Source: Nitrospirota bacterium (GTDB lineage Bacteria > Nitrospirota > Nitrospiria > 2-01-FULL-66-17). From it: 37,390 nucleotides of DNA. Positions within the stretch are counted from its first letter, which is position 1. The number at the start of each line of letters is the position of its first letter. This document shows, piece after piece, positions 9,351 to 18,085 of the stretch. The notes beneath the pieces were generated by a model. That model did not search any database, had not been told where the DNA came from, and saw nothing but the letters and a program-made list of their open reading frames with translations. The stretch covers positions 144,362-181,751 of the forward strand of contig JBMOMC010000043.1 of the NCBI GenBank assembly GCA_049325335.1, written 5' to 3'. The position numbers were made by a program, and so were the translations under genes.

Positions 9351-10052
9351 GTGCCTCCCACGATTGATCACACGAGGTTGCCCGATCTCCCGATTTTTTC
9401 CGCGCTGACCGAGGCCGGTCGGCGGGACTTGGCCGAACACACGGCCGAGGTGCGGTACGACAAAGGCGAGCACATCTTCAGGGAAGGTGAGCCGGCCGAG
9501 TATTTCCACGTGTTGCTTTCCGGCACGGTCAAATGCGTCAAATCCTCGCCCGAGGGCAAGGAAGCCGTACTCAAGGTGTTGGCTCCCGGTGACATGTTCT
9601 GTTGCGAGGCCGCGGTGTTTGACGGCGGGGAACATCCGGGCTGCGCGCAGCCCACGGGGCCGGTCAAAGTGCTCAAGATCGCCAAGCAAGCGTACTTCCG
9701 GCTTCTCAAGGACAATCCCGAGGCCGCGCTGGAAATCATCCGATACCTGGGGCACCGCCTCAACGAATCACAGGAGACCGCCAAGACCTTTGCATTGGAA
9801 CGGGCGGACCAGCGCGTGGCCTCGTTGCTGGCCCGACTGGCAGAGCGCATCGGGAAAGACATTCCCGGTGGCCTCCTGCTCGACATACAGCTTGGCCGAC
9901 AAGATATCGCCGATATGACCGGCCTTGCGCTCGAAACCACGATCCGAACGATCAGCAAGCTCACCCGCGACGGCTTGCTGGGCAAATCAGGGCGATCGCT
10001 CGTGGTAAAAGACCTCAAGGGACTCAAAGCGCTGACCGCGTCGCCCGCGTAA
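9351..10052 (+). CDS. Crp/Fnr-family transcriptional regulator (Dnr/NnrR-like position) with Cys-rich effector pocket
   Basis: cNMP-binding barrel (IFREGEPAEYFHVLLSGTVK) and HTH RQDIADMTGLALETTIRTISKL. Directly upstream of nirK. Alternative GTG start at 9312 overlaps the nadE stop. Confidence 0.9.
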   Translation: MPPTIDHTRLPDLPIFSALTEAGRRDLAEHTAEVRYDKGEHIFREGEPAEYFHVLLSGTVKCVKSSPEGKEAVLKVLAPGDMFCCEAAVFDGGEHPGCAQPTGPVKVLKIAKQAYFRLLKDNPEAALEIIRYLGHRLNESQETAKTFALERADQRVASLLARLAERIGKDIPGGLLLDIQLGRQDIADMTGLALETTIRTISKLTRDGLLGKSGRSLVVKDLKGLKALTASPA

Positions 10053-10100
10053 TCCGCTCCTCGCGGGTTCCTCTTCATCGCTGCTTACCAAAACCAGGCC

Positions 10101-10127
10101 CTGGATTCCCGCCTCCGCGGGAGTGTG
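10101..10127 (-). repeat. REP-like palindrome (GTCAttCCCGCGaAGGCGGGAATCCAG type)
   Basis: Reverse strand reads CACACTCCCGCGGAGGCGGGAATCCAG. Confidence 0.6.
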
Positions 10128-10197
10128 CCTCGCGCCACCGGCGCGACAAAGGGCTCTTCGACACAATACACATAGCGAGGCAATGACGACAGGTTCT

Positions 10198-10224
10198 GTC
10201 ACGCCCGCGAAGGCGGGCGCCCAG
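10198..10224 (+). repeat. REP-like palindrome, second copy in opposite orientation
   Basis: GTCACGCCCGCGAAGGCGGGCGCCCAG has the same CCCGC-loop-GCGGG core as 10101-10127. Confidence 0.6.
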
Positions 10225-10272
10225 GCGGCCGTGCTTGTGACGGCCGGATCTTTTGTTCACGACTTCCAGGGA

Positions 10273-10317
10273 AATATGACTTCGATCATATTGTTGTCCG
10301 TCATCGACGCCTATGCT
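10273..10317 (+). promoter_or_regulatory. Crp/Fnr box plus -10 element (class II promoter) of nirK
   Basis: Palindrome AATATGA-CTTCGA-TCATATT (10273-10292) has TGA-N6-TCA geometry. -10 TATGCT at 10312-10317 puts the box centre at about -41.5. Confidence 0.8.
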
Positions 10318-10355
10318 GGCTGTGGAATTTACTCAACTTTCACAGGGAGGACAAG

Positions 10356-11321
10356 ATGAAGCAAGACAACGTGACGGCACGGCGTGCGACAACGATGCTG
10401 GCCGGGTCCGCGATGGCACTCGGCGCGGTATTGGCGTTAGGCGCGGCAACGGCCGAGGCCAAGACCGTGAAGGTGGACTTTACCGCGGTCGAGACCGAGG
10501 TGGTTATCGACAACAAGGGTGCGACGTATAAAGCATGGACGTTCAACAACCAATTTCCAGGGCCGGTGGTGCGGGCGACTGAGGGCGATACCATCGAGTT
10601 CACGCTGACCAATCCCTCAACCAATCGTGCGTCTCACTCCATGGATTTTCACGCGGGGGAGATGGACTTTCTGGCCAACCACAAGGCCGTGGAGCCTGGT
10701 CAGACGCACAAAATGACGTTCACGCCGTCCAAGCCAGGGATCTTTTTCTACCACTGCGGGGTGGGGCCCATGATTCAACACATTGCGCGCGGTATGATGG
10801 GCGCGATCATCATCGACCCCAAGGATGCCAAGGCCTTACCCAAGGCGGACCGCGAATACGTGTTGGTGCAGAGCGAGTTGTGGCTCAATCCCGATGACGT
10901 GCAGGCCATGTTCGACCGCAAGTACGACCATGCGGTCTTTAACGGCGGTGTGTTCAAGTACCATCCATTCCTGGGAGGCAAGCCTCTTGAAGCCAAGCCC
11001 GGCGAGCGCGTGCGTGTGTACATCGTGAACGCGGGGCCGAACAACTTCTCCGGGTTTCACCCGATCGGCGAAATCTGGGAGAACGCGTGGGCGAGCGGCA
11101 ACCCGGCCAATCGCCTCACCGGCGTGCAGACCGTGGTGGTCGGTCCCGGCGATGCGTACACCGTGGACGTGGTGGCGCAGCACGAAGGGGCCTATCCGCT
11201 GGTGACGCATTCGCTTACCGACGCGCTGCGCGGCGCGATCGCGGTGCTGGTGGTCAAGAAAGACGCGCAGACGCTGCCGCTGATGCCGTACGTGGAGCAG
11301 GGGAAGCCCAGCGCGCCATAA
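10356..11321 (+). CDS. nirK: Copper-containing nitrite reductase
   Basis: Signal peptide ending AEA; Cu ligand motifs HSMDFH and YHCG...MIQHIARGM; catalytic FHPIG and C-terminal LVTHS; GGAGG SD. Confidence 0.93.
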   Translation: MKQDNVTARRATTMLAGSAMALGAVLALGAATAEAKTVKVDFTAVETEVVIDNKGATYKAWTFNNQFPGPVVRATEGDTIEFTLTNPSTNRASHSMDFHAGEMDFLANHKAVEPGQTHKMTFTPSKPGIFFYHCGVGPMIQHIARGMMGAIIIDPKDAKALPKADREYVLVQSELWLNPDDVQAMFDRKYDHAVFNGGVFKYHPFLGGKPLEAKPGERVRVYIVNAGPNNFSGFHPIGEIWENAWASGNPANRLTGVQTVVVGPGDAYTVDVVAQHEGAYPLVTHSLTDALRGAIAVLVVKKDAQTLPLMPYVEQGKPSAP

Positions 11322-11341
11322 TTTATGGAGTGACTTCGATA

Positions 11342-11508
11342 AGCCCGTCCAGAAATTCGCCAAATGCCCCCTTCGGGGACTTCCGGCAGCGCTGTTCTTG
11401 AAGGTGGGTCGCAAGGCGCCGTGAGCACCGCACCGGAGCGTACGTGGTGGGCACGTGAGGAGTGGATGCGCAGCGGCAACGCAGCAGATGGCTATTTCTG
11501 GACGGGCT
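11342..11508 (+). mobile_element. MITE-like repeat, copy A
   Basis: 15-bp perfect terminal inverted repeats AGCCCGTCCAGAAAT / ATTTCTGGACGGGCT. Internal GCAAGGC...GGAGCGTAC...ACGTGAG...CAACGCAGCAGATGG shared with copies B and C. Confidence 0.7.
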
Positions 11509-11962
11509 CCGTGGTGCGCACGGTCAGCACCGGACAGTGCGCCGTGCGCACCACGCGTTCGGCCACGCTGCCGACGAACAGGCGATTCACGCCGTGTCGG
11601 CCGTGAGTGCCCATGACGATCAAATCCGCGCCGACCTCACGGGCCTGCGAGACGATTTCGTGGGCCGAGCCGCCTTGGACCAGGATGCGCGACGCGGTCA
11701 CCTGCGCCTGCTGTAAGTCCTTGACCATCTGATCCAACACCGGCTCCACCGCGGTCTTCACCACGTCGTACACGTTCACCAGCTGCAGGGCCTCGGTCAT
11801 GGTATAGGTCGTAGTTTCGATCACGTGCAGCAAGACGATCTTGGCGTGAAAGGACTTGGTTAAGCCGATCGCATAGTTCAGGGCGGCCTGCGAGCCCTCG
11901 GAAAAATCCGTGGGCACGAGGACGGTGTTGACGGCAAACGATTTGGCGTCGACGGTCGGCAT
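11492..11962 (-). CDS. Universal stress protein (UspA family)
   Basis: VLVPTDFSEGS, LLHVI, ADLIVMGTHGR, GSVAERVVRTAHCPVLTV. Confidence 0.95.
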   Translation of the reverse strand: MPTVDAKSFAVNTVLVPTDFSEGSQAALNYAIGLTKSFHAKIVLLHVIETTTYTMTEALQLVNVYDVVKTAVEPVLDQMVKDLQQAQVTASRILVQGGSAHEIVSQAREVGADLIVMGTHGRHGVNRLFVGSVAERVVRTAHCPVLTVRTTEPVQK

Positions 11963-12254
11963 GCGGCTCCTTCTCAGTGGCGTGGACGGACCCTGTTTTT
12001 ATTGTACGAGTCCGCGCGCTCGTGGAACAAGTCCCTGACCCCGGGGCGCCGAGGGCCTGAGGCGAGTTGGTGAGGATTTGCGATTCACGTCGCGCGGTTA
12101 TATAGAACACTCGCGCGCGCGAGCGGGTGGATCAGGCGCACGTGACCGGCTGTCACGAGGGGTCGTCCCGAATCCGAGGGCCAGCGCGCCGTGGTGAGGG
12201 GACGGAACCGGACGACCAAGGCGGCCGCGCTGTGCGTGCCCGTTGCAGGGCGGA

Positions 12255-13319
12255 TCACACTCGGAGGGTCTTGGCCGCCAAGGCGGTTCCTTCCACGCGC
12301 GCGTGGATCTTGGCGAACGCGGTGTCGCGTGAGGTGGACGTGTCGTCGCCGAATGGCGAGAACCCGCAATCGTCCGTGGTGCCCAGTTGGCTCACCGGGA
12401 TGTATTCCGAGGCCTCGAGCACGCGGTCTCTGACGTCCTCCGGCGTTTCCACGTTGGGATTGATCGGGTCGGTCACGCCCACGAAGACGCGGTGGTCGGG
12501 CCGGATCAGACCACGAATGATCTTGAGCACGCGAGGTCGGTCGCGTTCGCTGGCCAACTGGATGTAGAAATTCCCCACGGTGAGTTCGAATAGGCGCGGT
12601 AACAGCGCGGCGTAGTCCACGTCCGCGCTGTGGGTGGAGTCACGGTCACCGCCCGGGCAGGTATGCACCCCGATCTTCCGACGTTCCGCCGACGAGAACC
12701 GACTCAAGACCTGGTTGTTGAGATCCACGAAACTTTTCAGGACCTGCCCGCCCGGATCGAGTTTGATCGAGAGCCGGCCCTCGGTGAAGTCGATCTGCAC
12801 CACGGACGCGCCCCGCGCCAGGCACCGACGAATATCGGTCTCATGTTCGCGCAGTAGATCGTTGATGAACGCCTCGCGTGAATATCCCTCGATACCTTTT
12901 GGCGGATACAGCAGGCTCAAGATCGACGCCGAAATGACCGTTTGCTTGATCGGAACGTGCGCGTATTGTTTGGCGGCCTGCAGGTAGCCGTCGGCGTATG
13001 TCGCGTACCGGAACGGGCCCGCGGTGAGTCGGGGCAGTTGCCGCGTGTGGCCGTCCGCAAAGGGGATGGTCACGCCGTCCGCGGCGAGAGTGGTGAGTCC
13101 GGCAATCGGATACGTGGCAAAGCTCGGTTTGGTCTGTTCGCCGTCGGTGATGACCGGCGACCCCGTGGCTTCAAAGCGCGCAATGGTGTCGCGAAGCGCC
13201 GCGTCGTAGAGCGCGTCCAATTCCTTCTGCGAGATGCGACCGGTCGTGAACGCCTGAACTCCCTCCATTAGCGCCCGCGGCCTGGGAATGCTGCCAATCG
13301 GTTCAGTCGGGATCGACAT
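12255..13319 (-). CDS. Cobalamin-independent methionine synthase II / core MetE-like protein (catalytic domain only)
   Basis: IGSIPRP, ITDGEQ, VQIDFTE, Zn-ligand HTCPG, VETPEDV and DDCGFS. At 354 aa it lacks the N-terminal MetE domain. GAGGAGG SD. Confidence 0.85.
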   Translation of the reverse strand: MSIPTEPIGSIPRPRALMEGVQAFTTGRISQKELDALYDAALRDTIARFEATGSPVITDGEQTKPSFATYPIAGLTTLAADGVTIPFADGHTRQLPRLTAGPFRYATYADGYLQAAKQYAHVPIKQTVISASILSLLYPPKGIEGYSREAFINDLLREHETDIRRCLARGASVVQIDFTEGRLSIKLDPGGQVLKSFVDLNNQVLSRFSSAERRKIGVHTCPGGDRDSTHSADVDYAALLPRLFELTVGNFYIQLASERDRPRVLKIIRGLIRPDHRVFVGVTDPINPNVETPEDVRDRVLEASEYIPVSQLGTTDDCGFSPFGDDTSTSRDTAFAKIHARVEGTALAAKTLRV

Positions 13320-13530
13320 AGCTGGAATTCCTCCTCAAGGACGTGAGTGGTCTTACACGGTGAAGCCATCGCGGCTGAAACAACGCAACGCAAGTGCTTG
13401 TATCACAGCACGCCCGGGTTTCTCCAACGTGAAACGGTTCGCGAACCGTCGCTGATGCGTTGACTTTACGTCGCGATCGCCCGTAGGCTGCGGCCGTGCT
13501 AATTCAGCCGCGTCATTTCACGTTCCGCCC

Positions 13531-14415
13531 GTGTTCGTGGGGCGTCCCCGGGTGACGTCTGCCCAGCGCCGGTCCCATCGGCCGCACGCGGCGCGGCCAA
13601 CCACACCCATCGCGGCCAAGCCCGCGTCAAGCGTAGGAGCGGGGCACTACAAGCTCACGATTGAATACGACGGATCTCGGTACCGCGGGTGGCAGGAACA
13701 GAGCAACGCCATGACGGTGCAAGAAGTCATCAAGAACGCGCTGAACGAAGTTCTGGGGAACGAGTATCAAATGGCAGGGGCGGGGCGGACCGACGCGGGC
13801 GTTCACGCGCTGGCGCAGGTGGTCTCGCTCCATTCGGCGCGCGCGATGGCCCCGGCGGTGTTGCTCGATGAACTCAACCGGCGTCTTACTAAGGACGTCA
13901 ACATTCTTACAATCGACCCCGCGGCCCCTGATTTTCACGCCCGGCACTCGGCCGTGGCACGCTACTACCTGTACCAGATCAGCCTACGGCGTACCGCGTT
14001 CGCGAAAAACTATTGTTGGTGGGTGAAGCAGGCGCTTGATCTGGGCGCGATCGATCGTTCGTTGCCGGCGTTTCTGGGGCTACACGACTATGAGGCTTTT
14101 GCCGATAAACGGATGGGCGACGGCTCCACCAAGGTCAAGGTAGACGACCTACGGGTCACGCGTCACGGCGAGTTGCTCTTGATCCGGATCGGCGCATCCC
14201 ACTTTCTGTGGAAGATGGTGCGGCGGATCGTGGGCGTATTGGTCAAGATCGGGACCAAAGAGGTGCCGGCCGGACTTGCGCTCTCGGAGGTGGGACGACG
14301 GTATACCAAACAGATTCCCACCTGGACGGCCCCCGCGGCCGGGTTGTTTTTGGAGCGCGTGTGTTACCCGGGTGATTCGCCGCCAAGCGATCCGACCCCG
14401 CTGATCGCACTGTAG
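13531..14415 (+). CDS. truA: tRNA pseudouridine(38-40) synthase
   Basis: IEYDGSRYRGWQ, AGRTDAGVHA, FHARHSA, FLWKMVRRIVG, TAPAAGLFL. Start uncertain. Confidence 0.93.
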   Translation: MFVGRPRVTSAQRRSHRPHAARPTTPIAAKPASSVGAGHYKLTIEYDGSRYRGWQEQSNAMTVQEVIKNALNEVLGNEYQMAGAGRTDAGVHALAQVVSLHSARAMAPAVLLDELNRRLTKDVNILTIDPAAPDFHARHSAVARYYLYQISLRRTAFAKNYCWWVKQALDLGAIDRSLPAFLGLHDYEAFADKRMGDGSTKVKVDDLRVTRHGELLLIRIGASHFLWKMVRRIVGVLVKIGTKEVPAGLALSEVGRRYTKQIPTWTAPAAGLFLERVCYPGDSPPSDPTPLIAL

Positions 14416-14431
14416 GGGAAGCTCGCGATCC

Positions 14432-14461
14432 TTGACAGTGCGCGGCTGCGCTCGATACGAT
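14432..14461 (+). promoter_or_regulatory. Sigma70-type promoter of hemEHY (probably leaderless)
   Basis: TTGACA-N18-TACGAT, then 7 nt to in-frame GTG 14469. No SD. Confidence 0.65.
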
Positions 14462-14468
14462 GCCTGCC

Positions 14469-15527
14469 GTGTCGCCACACGTATTAAAGAACGACCGCGT
14501 GCTGCGCGCGCTGCGGCGCGAGCCGGTGGACGTGACCCCGGTGTGGATCATGCGCCAGGCCGGCCGGTACATGCCGGAGTATCGCGCGATCCGCGCCGAG
14601 GCGGATTTTCTCACGCTCTGTAAGACGCCGGAGTTGGCCACCCGCGCCACGTTGCTCCCGATCGACATGCTGGGCGTGGACGCGGCGATCATCTTCTCCG
14701 ACATTTTAATTCCAGTAGAGGCCATGGGCATGGAGTTAGTGTTCTCCGAGTCCAAGGGCCCGCAACTTCCGTCGCCGATTCGCGATCGCGCCGGCATCGA
14801 CCGTCTCAAGGACTTTGATCCACGCACCCACACCCGATTTCTCCCGGACTCGATCCGGCAGACCGTGAAAGCTCTGGACGGCCGCGTGCCGTTGCTCGGG
14901 TTCGCGGGCGCGCCGTATACGTTGGCCACGTACATGATCGAGGGCGAAACCTCGAAGAATTTTTACGGGATCAAACGATTGGCGTATCAATCGCCGGATC
15001 TCTTGCATCGTTTGCTGGAACGGTTGACTCGTATGGTGGGCGATTATCTGATCGCGCAAGTGGAGGCGGGCGCGGCCGCGGTGCAGATCTTTGACACGTG
15101 GGCCGGCGCCTTGTCGCCGAGCGATTACGCGCAGTTCTGCGCGCCGTACACGGCCCGCCTCGTCGAGGCGGTGAAAAAAACCGGCGCGCCGGTGCTGTTG
15201 TACGTGAACGGGTGCGCGGCGTTGTTGGAGGCCATGGCGGACACCGGAGTGGACGCGATCAGCGTGGATTGGCGGATCGATCTGGCCGAGGCCAAGCGCC
15301 GCGTGGGCAACCGGGTCGCGCTGCAAGGCAATCTGGACCCGTGCGTGCTCTACGCGCAGCCGGACATGATCCGTCGCCACGCGCGACGGGTCCTCGAGGC
15401 GTACGGACGCGAACCGGGCCACGTCTTCAACCTCGGCCATGGGATTCTCCCCGACGTGTCGGTCGCGCACGCGAAAAGCCTGGTTGACGCGGTGCACGAG
15501 GAAAGCCGCGTGTTGCGGTCGTCTTGA
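14469..15527 (+). CDS. hemE: Uroporphyrinogen decarboxylase
   Basis: PVWIMRQAGRYMPEYR, DAAIIFSDIL, GFAGAPYTLATY, QGNLDP, FNLGHGILP. The ORF-track ATG at 14460 lies inside the -10 box, so GTG 14469 is preferred. Confidence 0.97.
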   Translation: MSPHVLKNDRVLRALRREPVDVTPVWIMRQAGRYMPEYRAIRAEADFLTLCKTPELATRATLLPIDMLGVDAAIIFSDILIPVEAMGMELVFSESKGPQLPSPIRDRAGIDRLKDFDPRTHTRFLPDSIRQTVKALDGRVPLLGFAGAPYTLATYMIEGETSKNFYGIKRLAYQSPDLLHRLLERLTRMVGDYLIAQVEAGAAAVQIFDTWAGALSPSDYAQFCAPYTARLVEAVKKTGAPVLLYVNGCAALLEAMADTGVDAISVDWRIDLAEAKRRVGNRVALQGNLDPCVLYAQPDMIRRHARRVLEAYGREPGHVFNLGHGILPDVSVAHAKSLVDAVHEESRVLRSS

Positions 15528-16516
15528 GCGCGGGGTCCACGGCCCCGCTCACCGGCGTGGTCCTCTTTAATCTCGGGGGGCCCGACACGCTCGACGACGT
15601 CAAGCCGTTTCTCCAAAACCTGTTTTCCGATCCCGAGGTTATCCCGCTTCCCCCGCCGTTTCGACAGATCCTCGCGTGGTGGATCGCGACGCGACGCGCG
15701 CCGACCGCCAAGGGGTATTACGAACAAATCGGCGGCGGGTCGCCGTTGCGGCGCTTGACCGCTGACCAGGCCGCGGCTCTGGAGAAGGCGTTGTCGGTTC
15801 ATGGTCCGCACAAGGTGGTGGTGGCCATGCGGTATTGGAAACCGGACACCGAGGAGGCCGTGGCGGAGTTGGCCGCGGCGCGGCCGAGCCGGATTGTGCT
15901 TTTGCCGCTGTATCCGCAGTATTCGTTCGCCACCACGCGCTCCAGCGCCGAGTATTTCCGGCACGTGTGGAATCAGCGAGGTCTCACCGGGGTGCCCATT
16001 GTCTCGATCGACCACTGGCACACCCATGCCGGGTATCTCGACGCCATGGCGGAGCAGATCAATGCGACACGCGCGGCCATGCCGAACGGAGACGGCTCGC
16101 CCGTTCACCTGGTCTACTCCGCGCACGGCTTGCCCGTGAAGTTGATTGAACAAGGCGACCCGTATCAGCGCCAGGTCGAGGAGCAGGTGCGCGTGCTCAC
16201 GAGCCGGCTCCCGGAGTGGGCGTCGGACCCCAAACGCGTGCACGTGGGCTATCAGAGCCGGGTGGGGCGGGCCAAGTGGTTGGAGCCGTCCATGGAAGAA
16301 TTGATCCATCGACTCGGCTCCAAAGGCGCCACGCGCGTGTTGGTGGTGCCGGTGAGTTTCGTGTCCGACCATTCCGAAACCCTGTACGAGATCGACATCC
16401 AATACCGACAGCTTGCGGCCGAGTCCGGTATCCGCGTGTTTGCCCGCATGGCGTCGCTGAACGACGCGCCCGTCTTTATCCGCGCCTTGGCCGACCTGGT
16501 GGCGTCCGCGAGATAA
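15524..16516 (+). CDS. hemH: Ferrochelatase
   Basis: NLGGP, IGGGSPL, AMRYW, LPLYPQYS, SAHGLP, GDPY, YQSRVG, FVSDHSETLYEID. Overlaps the hemE stop. Confidence 0.96.
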   Translation: MSAGSTAPLTGVVLFNLGGPDTLDDVKPFLQNLFSDPEVIPLPPPFRQILAWWIATRRAPTAKGYYEQIGGGSPLRRLTADQAAALEKALSVHGPHKVVVAMRYWKPDTEEAVAELAAARPSRIVLLPLYPQYSFATTRSSAEYFRHVWNQRGLTGVPIVSIDHWHTHAGYLDAMAEQINATRAAMPNGDGSPVHLVYSAHGLPVKLIEQGDPYQRQVEEQVRVLTSRLPEWASDPKRVHVGYQSRVGRAKWLEPSMEELIHRLGSKGATRVLVVPVSFVSDHSETLYEIDIQYRQLAAESGIRVFARMASLNDAPVFIRALADLVASAR

Positions 16517-16521
16517 CGCGG

Positions 16522-17892
16522 ATGGCCGCGATCCGGGTGGCGGTGATCGGCGGCGGCATTTCCGGGCTGGGCGTGGCGTACGCGCTCCAACGCGTGGGGG
16601 TTCCCTTCCGACTCATCGAAGCCGCGCCATCCGCGGGCGGCATGATCCGCAGCGAGCGGGTCAACGGATTTCTCATTGAACACGGTCCGAACTCGGCATT
16701 AAACGCGTCGGTGGACGTCGAACACGTGATCACGGATCTGGGCCTGCTCCCGGATCGCGTGTTTGCCGCGCCAAGTTCGCGCAAACGGTACATCGTCAAA
16801 CACAACCATCCCGTGGCGTTGCCTATGGGGTTGATCGCATTTCTTCGCACCCCGCTGTGGAGCGGCCGAGCCAAGGCGCGCCTGCTCACAGAGCCCTTTG
16901 CCGCGCCGCCCCCCGCCGGAGAGGAATCCATCGCGTCGTTCGTGTCGCGCCGTCTCGGGCCCGAGTTTCTCGAGTACGCGGCGGACCCGTTCGTGTCCGG
17001 GGTGTATGCCGGGGATCCCGAGCGGCTCTCCGTGCAGGCCACGTTCCCGAAGCTGGCCGCCTTGGAGCGTAACCACGGCGGACTCATCCGAGGCGCCATC
17101 GCCGGAATTGGCAAGCCGCGAGCGCCCCGGCCAAGGCAACGGGGTATCTACTCGTTTCGGGACGGACTCGGCCAATTGCCGGCCGCGATCAGCGCGAGGC
17201 TGGGCGAATCGCTCTGGTGCGGCGCGAGAGTGACGGCACTGGCCCGTCAGGGTGACGGGTTCCGCGTGGAGGTCGATCGTCACCACGAACGGGTCACGTT
17301 CGACGCGGATCAGGTGGTGATCGCGACCCCGGCGGACGTCGCGGCAACCCTCACCCGTCCGTTCGATGCGGGATTGGCGGAGGATTTGGCCGCGATCGAG
17401 TATGTTCCGGTCGCGGTGGTGGCCACCGCGTTCGCTCGCGCTGCGGTCCAACATCCCTTGGACGGCTTCGGCTGCCTGGTTCCGCGACTGGAACGTCGCA
17501 CGGTGTTGGGTTCGCTATGGAACTCGTCGCTTTTTCCAGGCCGCGCCCCGGAAGGCATGGTGTTGTTGTCGAACTTTGTGGGCGGAGCGAGGCACGCTGA
17601 TCTGGTCGATCGTTCGGACGACGAGTTGTCGCTGCTAGTGACCGCGGACCTCAAACGGCTGCTCGGCGTCACCGACCAGCCGACGTGGACGCGGATCATC
17701 CGCTACCGCCGCGCGATCCCGCAGTACGTGATCGGTCACGCCGCGCGGGTCGAGCGGATCGAGCACGCGATCGCGAAGATTCCTGGATTGTCGCTGGCCG
17801 GCAACTACCTGCGTGGCGTGGCGGTGGGGGACTGTCTGGAAAAAGGATTGGCGCTTGGCCAGACGCTTGGCACGGCCTTGATCAAAGCCTAG
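16522..17892 (+). CDS. hemG: HemY-type protoporphyrinogen/coproporphyrinogen oxidase (hemG/hemY)
   Basis: FAD motif VIGGGISGL, EHGPNS, PFVSGVYAGDPERLS, GFGCLVP, AIPQY, AGNYLRGVAVGDC. ATG 16522. Confidence 0.93.
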   Translation: MAAIRVAVIGGGISGLGVAYALQRVGVPFRLIEAAPSAGGMIRSERVNGFLIEHGPNSALNASVDVEHVITDLGLLPDRVFAAPSSRKRYIVKHNHPVALPMGLIAFLRTPLWSGRAKARLLTEPFAAPPPAGEESIASFVSRRLGPEFLEYAADPFVSGVYAGDPERLSVQATFPKLAALERNHGGLIRGAIAGIGKPRAPRPRQRGIYSFRDGLGQLPAAISARLGESLWCGARVTALARQGDGFRVEVDRHHERVTFDADQVVIATPADVAATLTRPFDAGLAEDLAAIEYVPVAVVATAFARAAVQHPLDGFGCLVPRLERRTVLGSLWNSSLFPGRAPEGMVLLSNFVGGARHADLVDRSDDELSLLVTADLKRLLGVTDQPTWTRIIRYRRAIPQYVIGHAARVERIEHAIAKIPGLSLAGNYLRGVAVGDCLEKGLALGQTLGTALIKA

Positions 17893-17897
17893 TCAAA

Positions 17898-18083
17898 GCA
17901 GGGGACGGAAATCGTTCAGATGCAAGGCCGCAGGAAGGAGGAACCCCGGAGCGTACTAAGTCGTACGTGAGGCGAGTGGCGCCACGAAGAAGTGGCGCCA
18001 AGCCACGAGCGACGCCGAGACGGTGAGGCGGCCGAGATTCCTCAGACGCAGCACGCAGCGGATGGACTTTTTCAGCAGCCCGC
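17898..18083 (+). mobile_element. MITE-like repeat, copy B (degenerate left end)
   Basis: CAGATGCAAGGC...GGAGCGTAC-TAAGTC-GTACGTGAG...CACGCAGCGGATGGACTTTTTCAGCAGCC. Lies between convergent hemY and CBS genes. Confidence 0.65.
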
Positions 18084-18085
18084 CG

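Noticed and set aside
12141..12157. CGTGA-N7-TCACG palindrome upstream of usp as a Crp/Fnr box
   Set aside because: The spacer is 7 rather than 6 and the position relative to a -10 is unconvincing.
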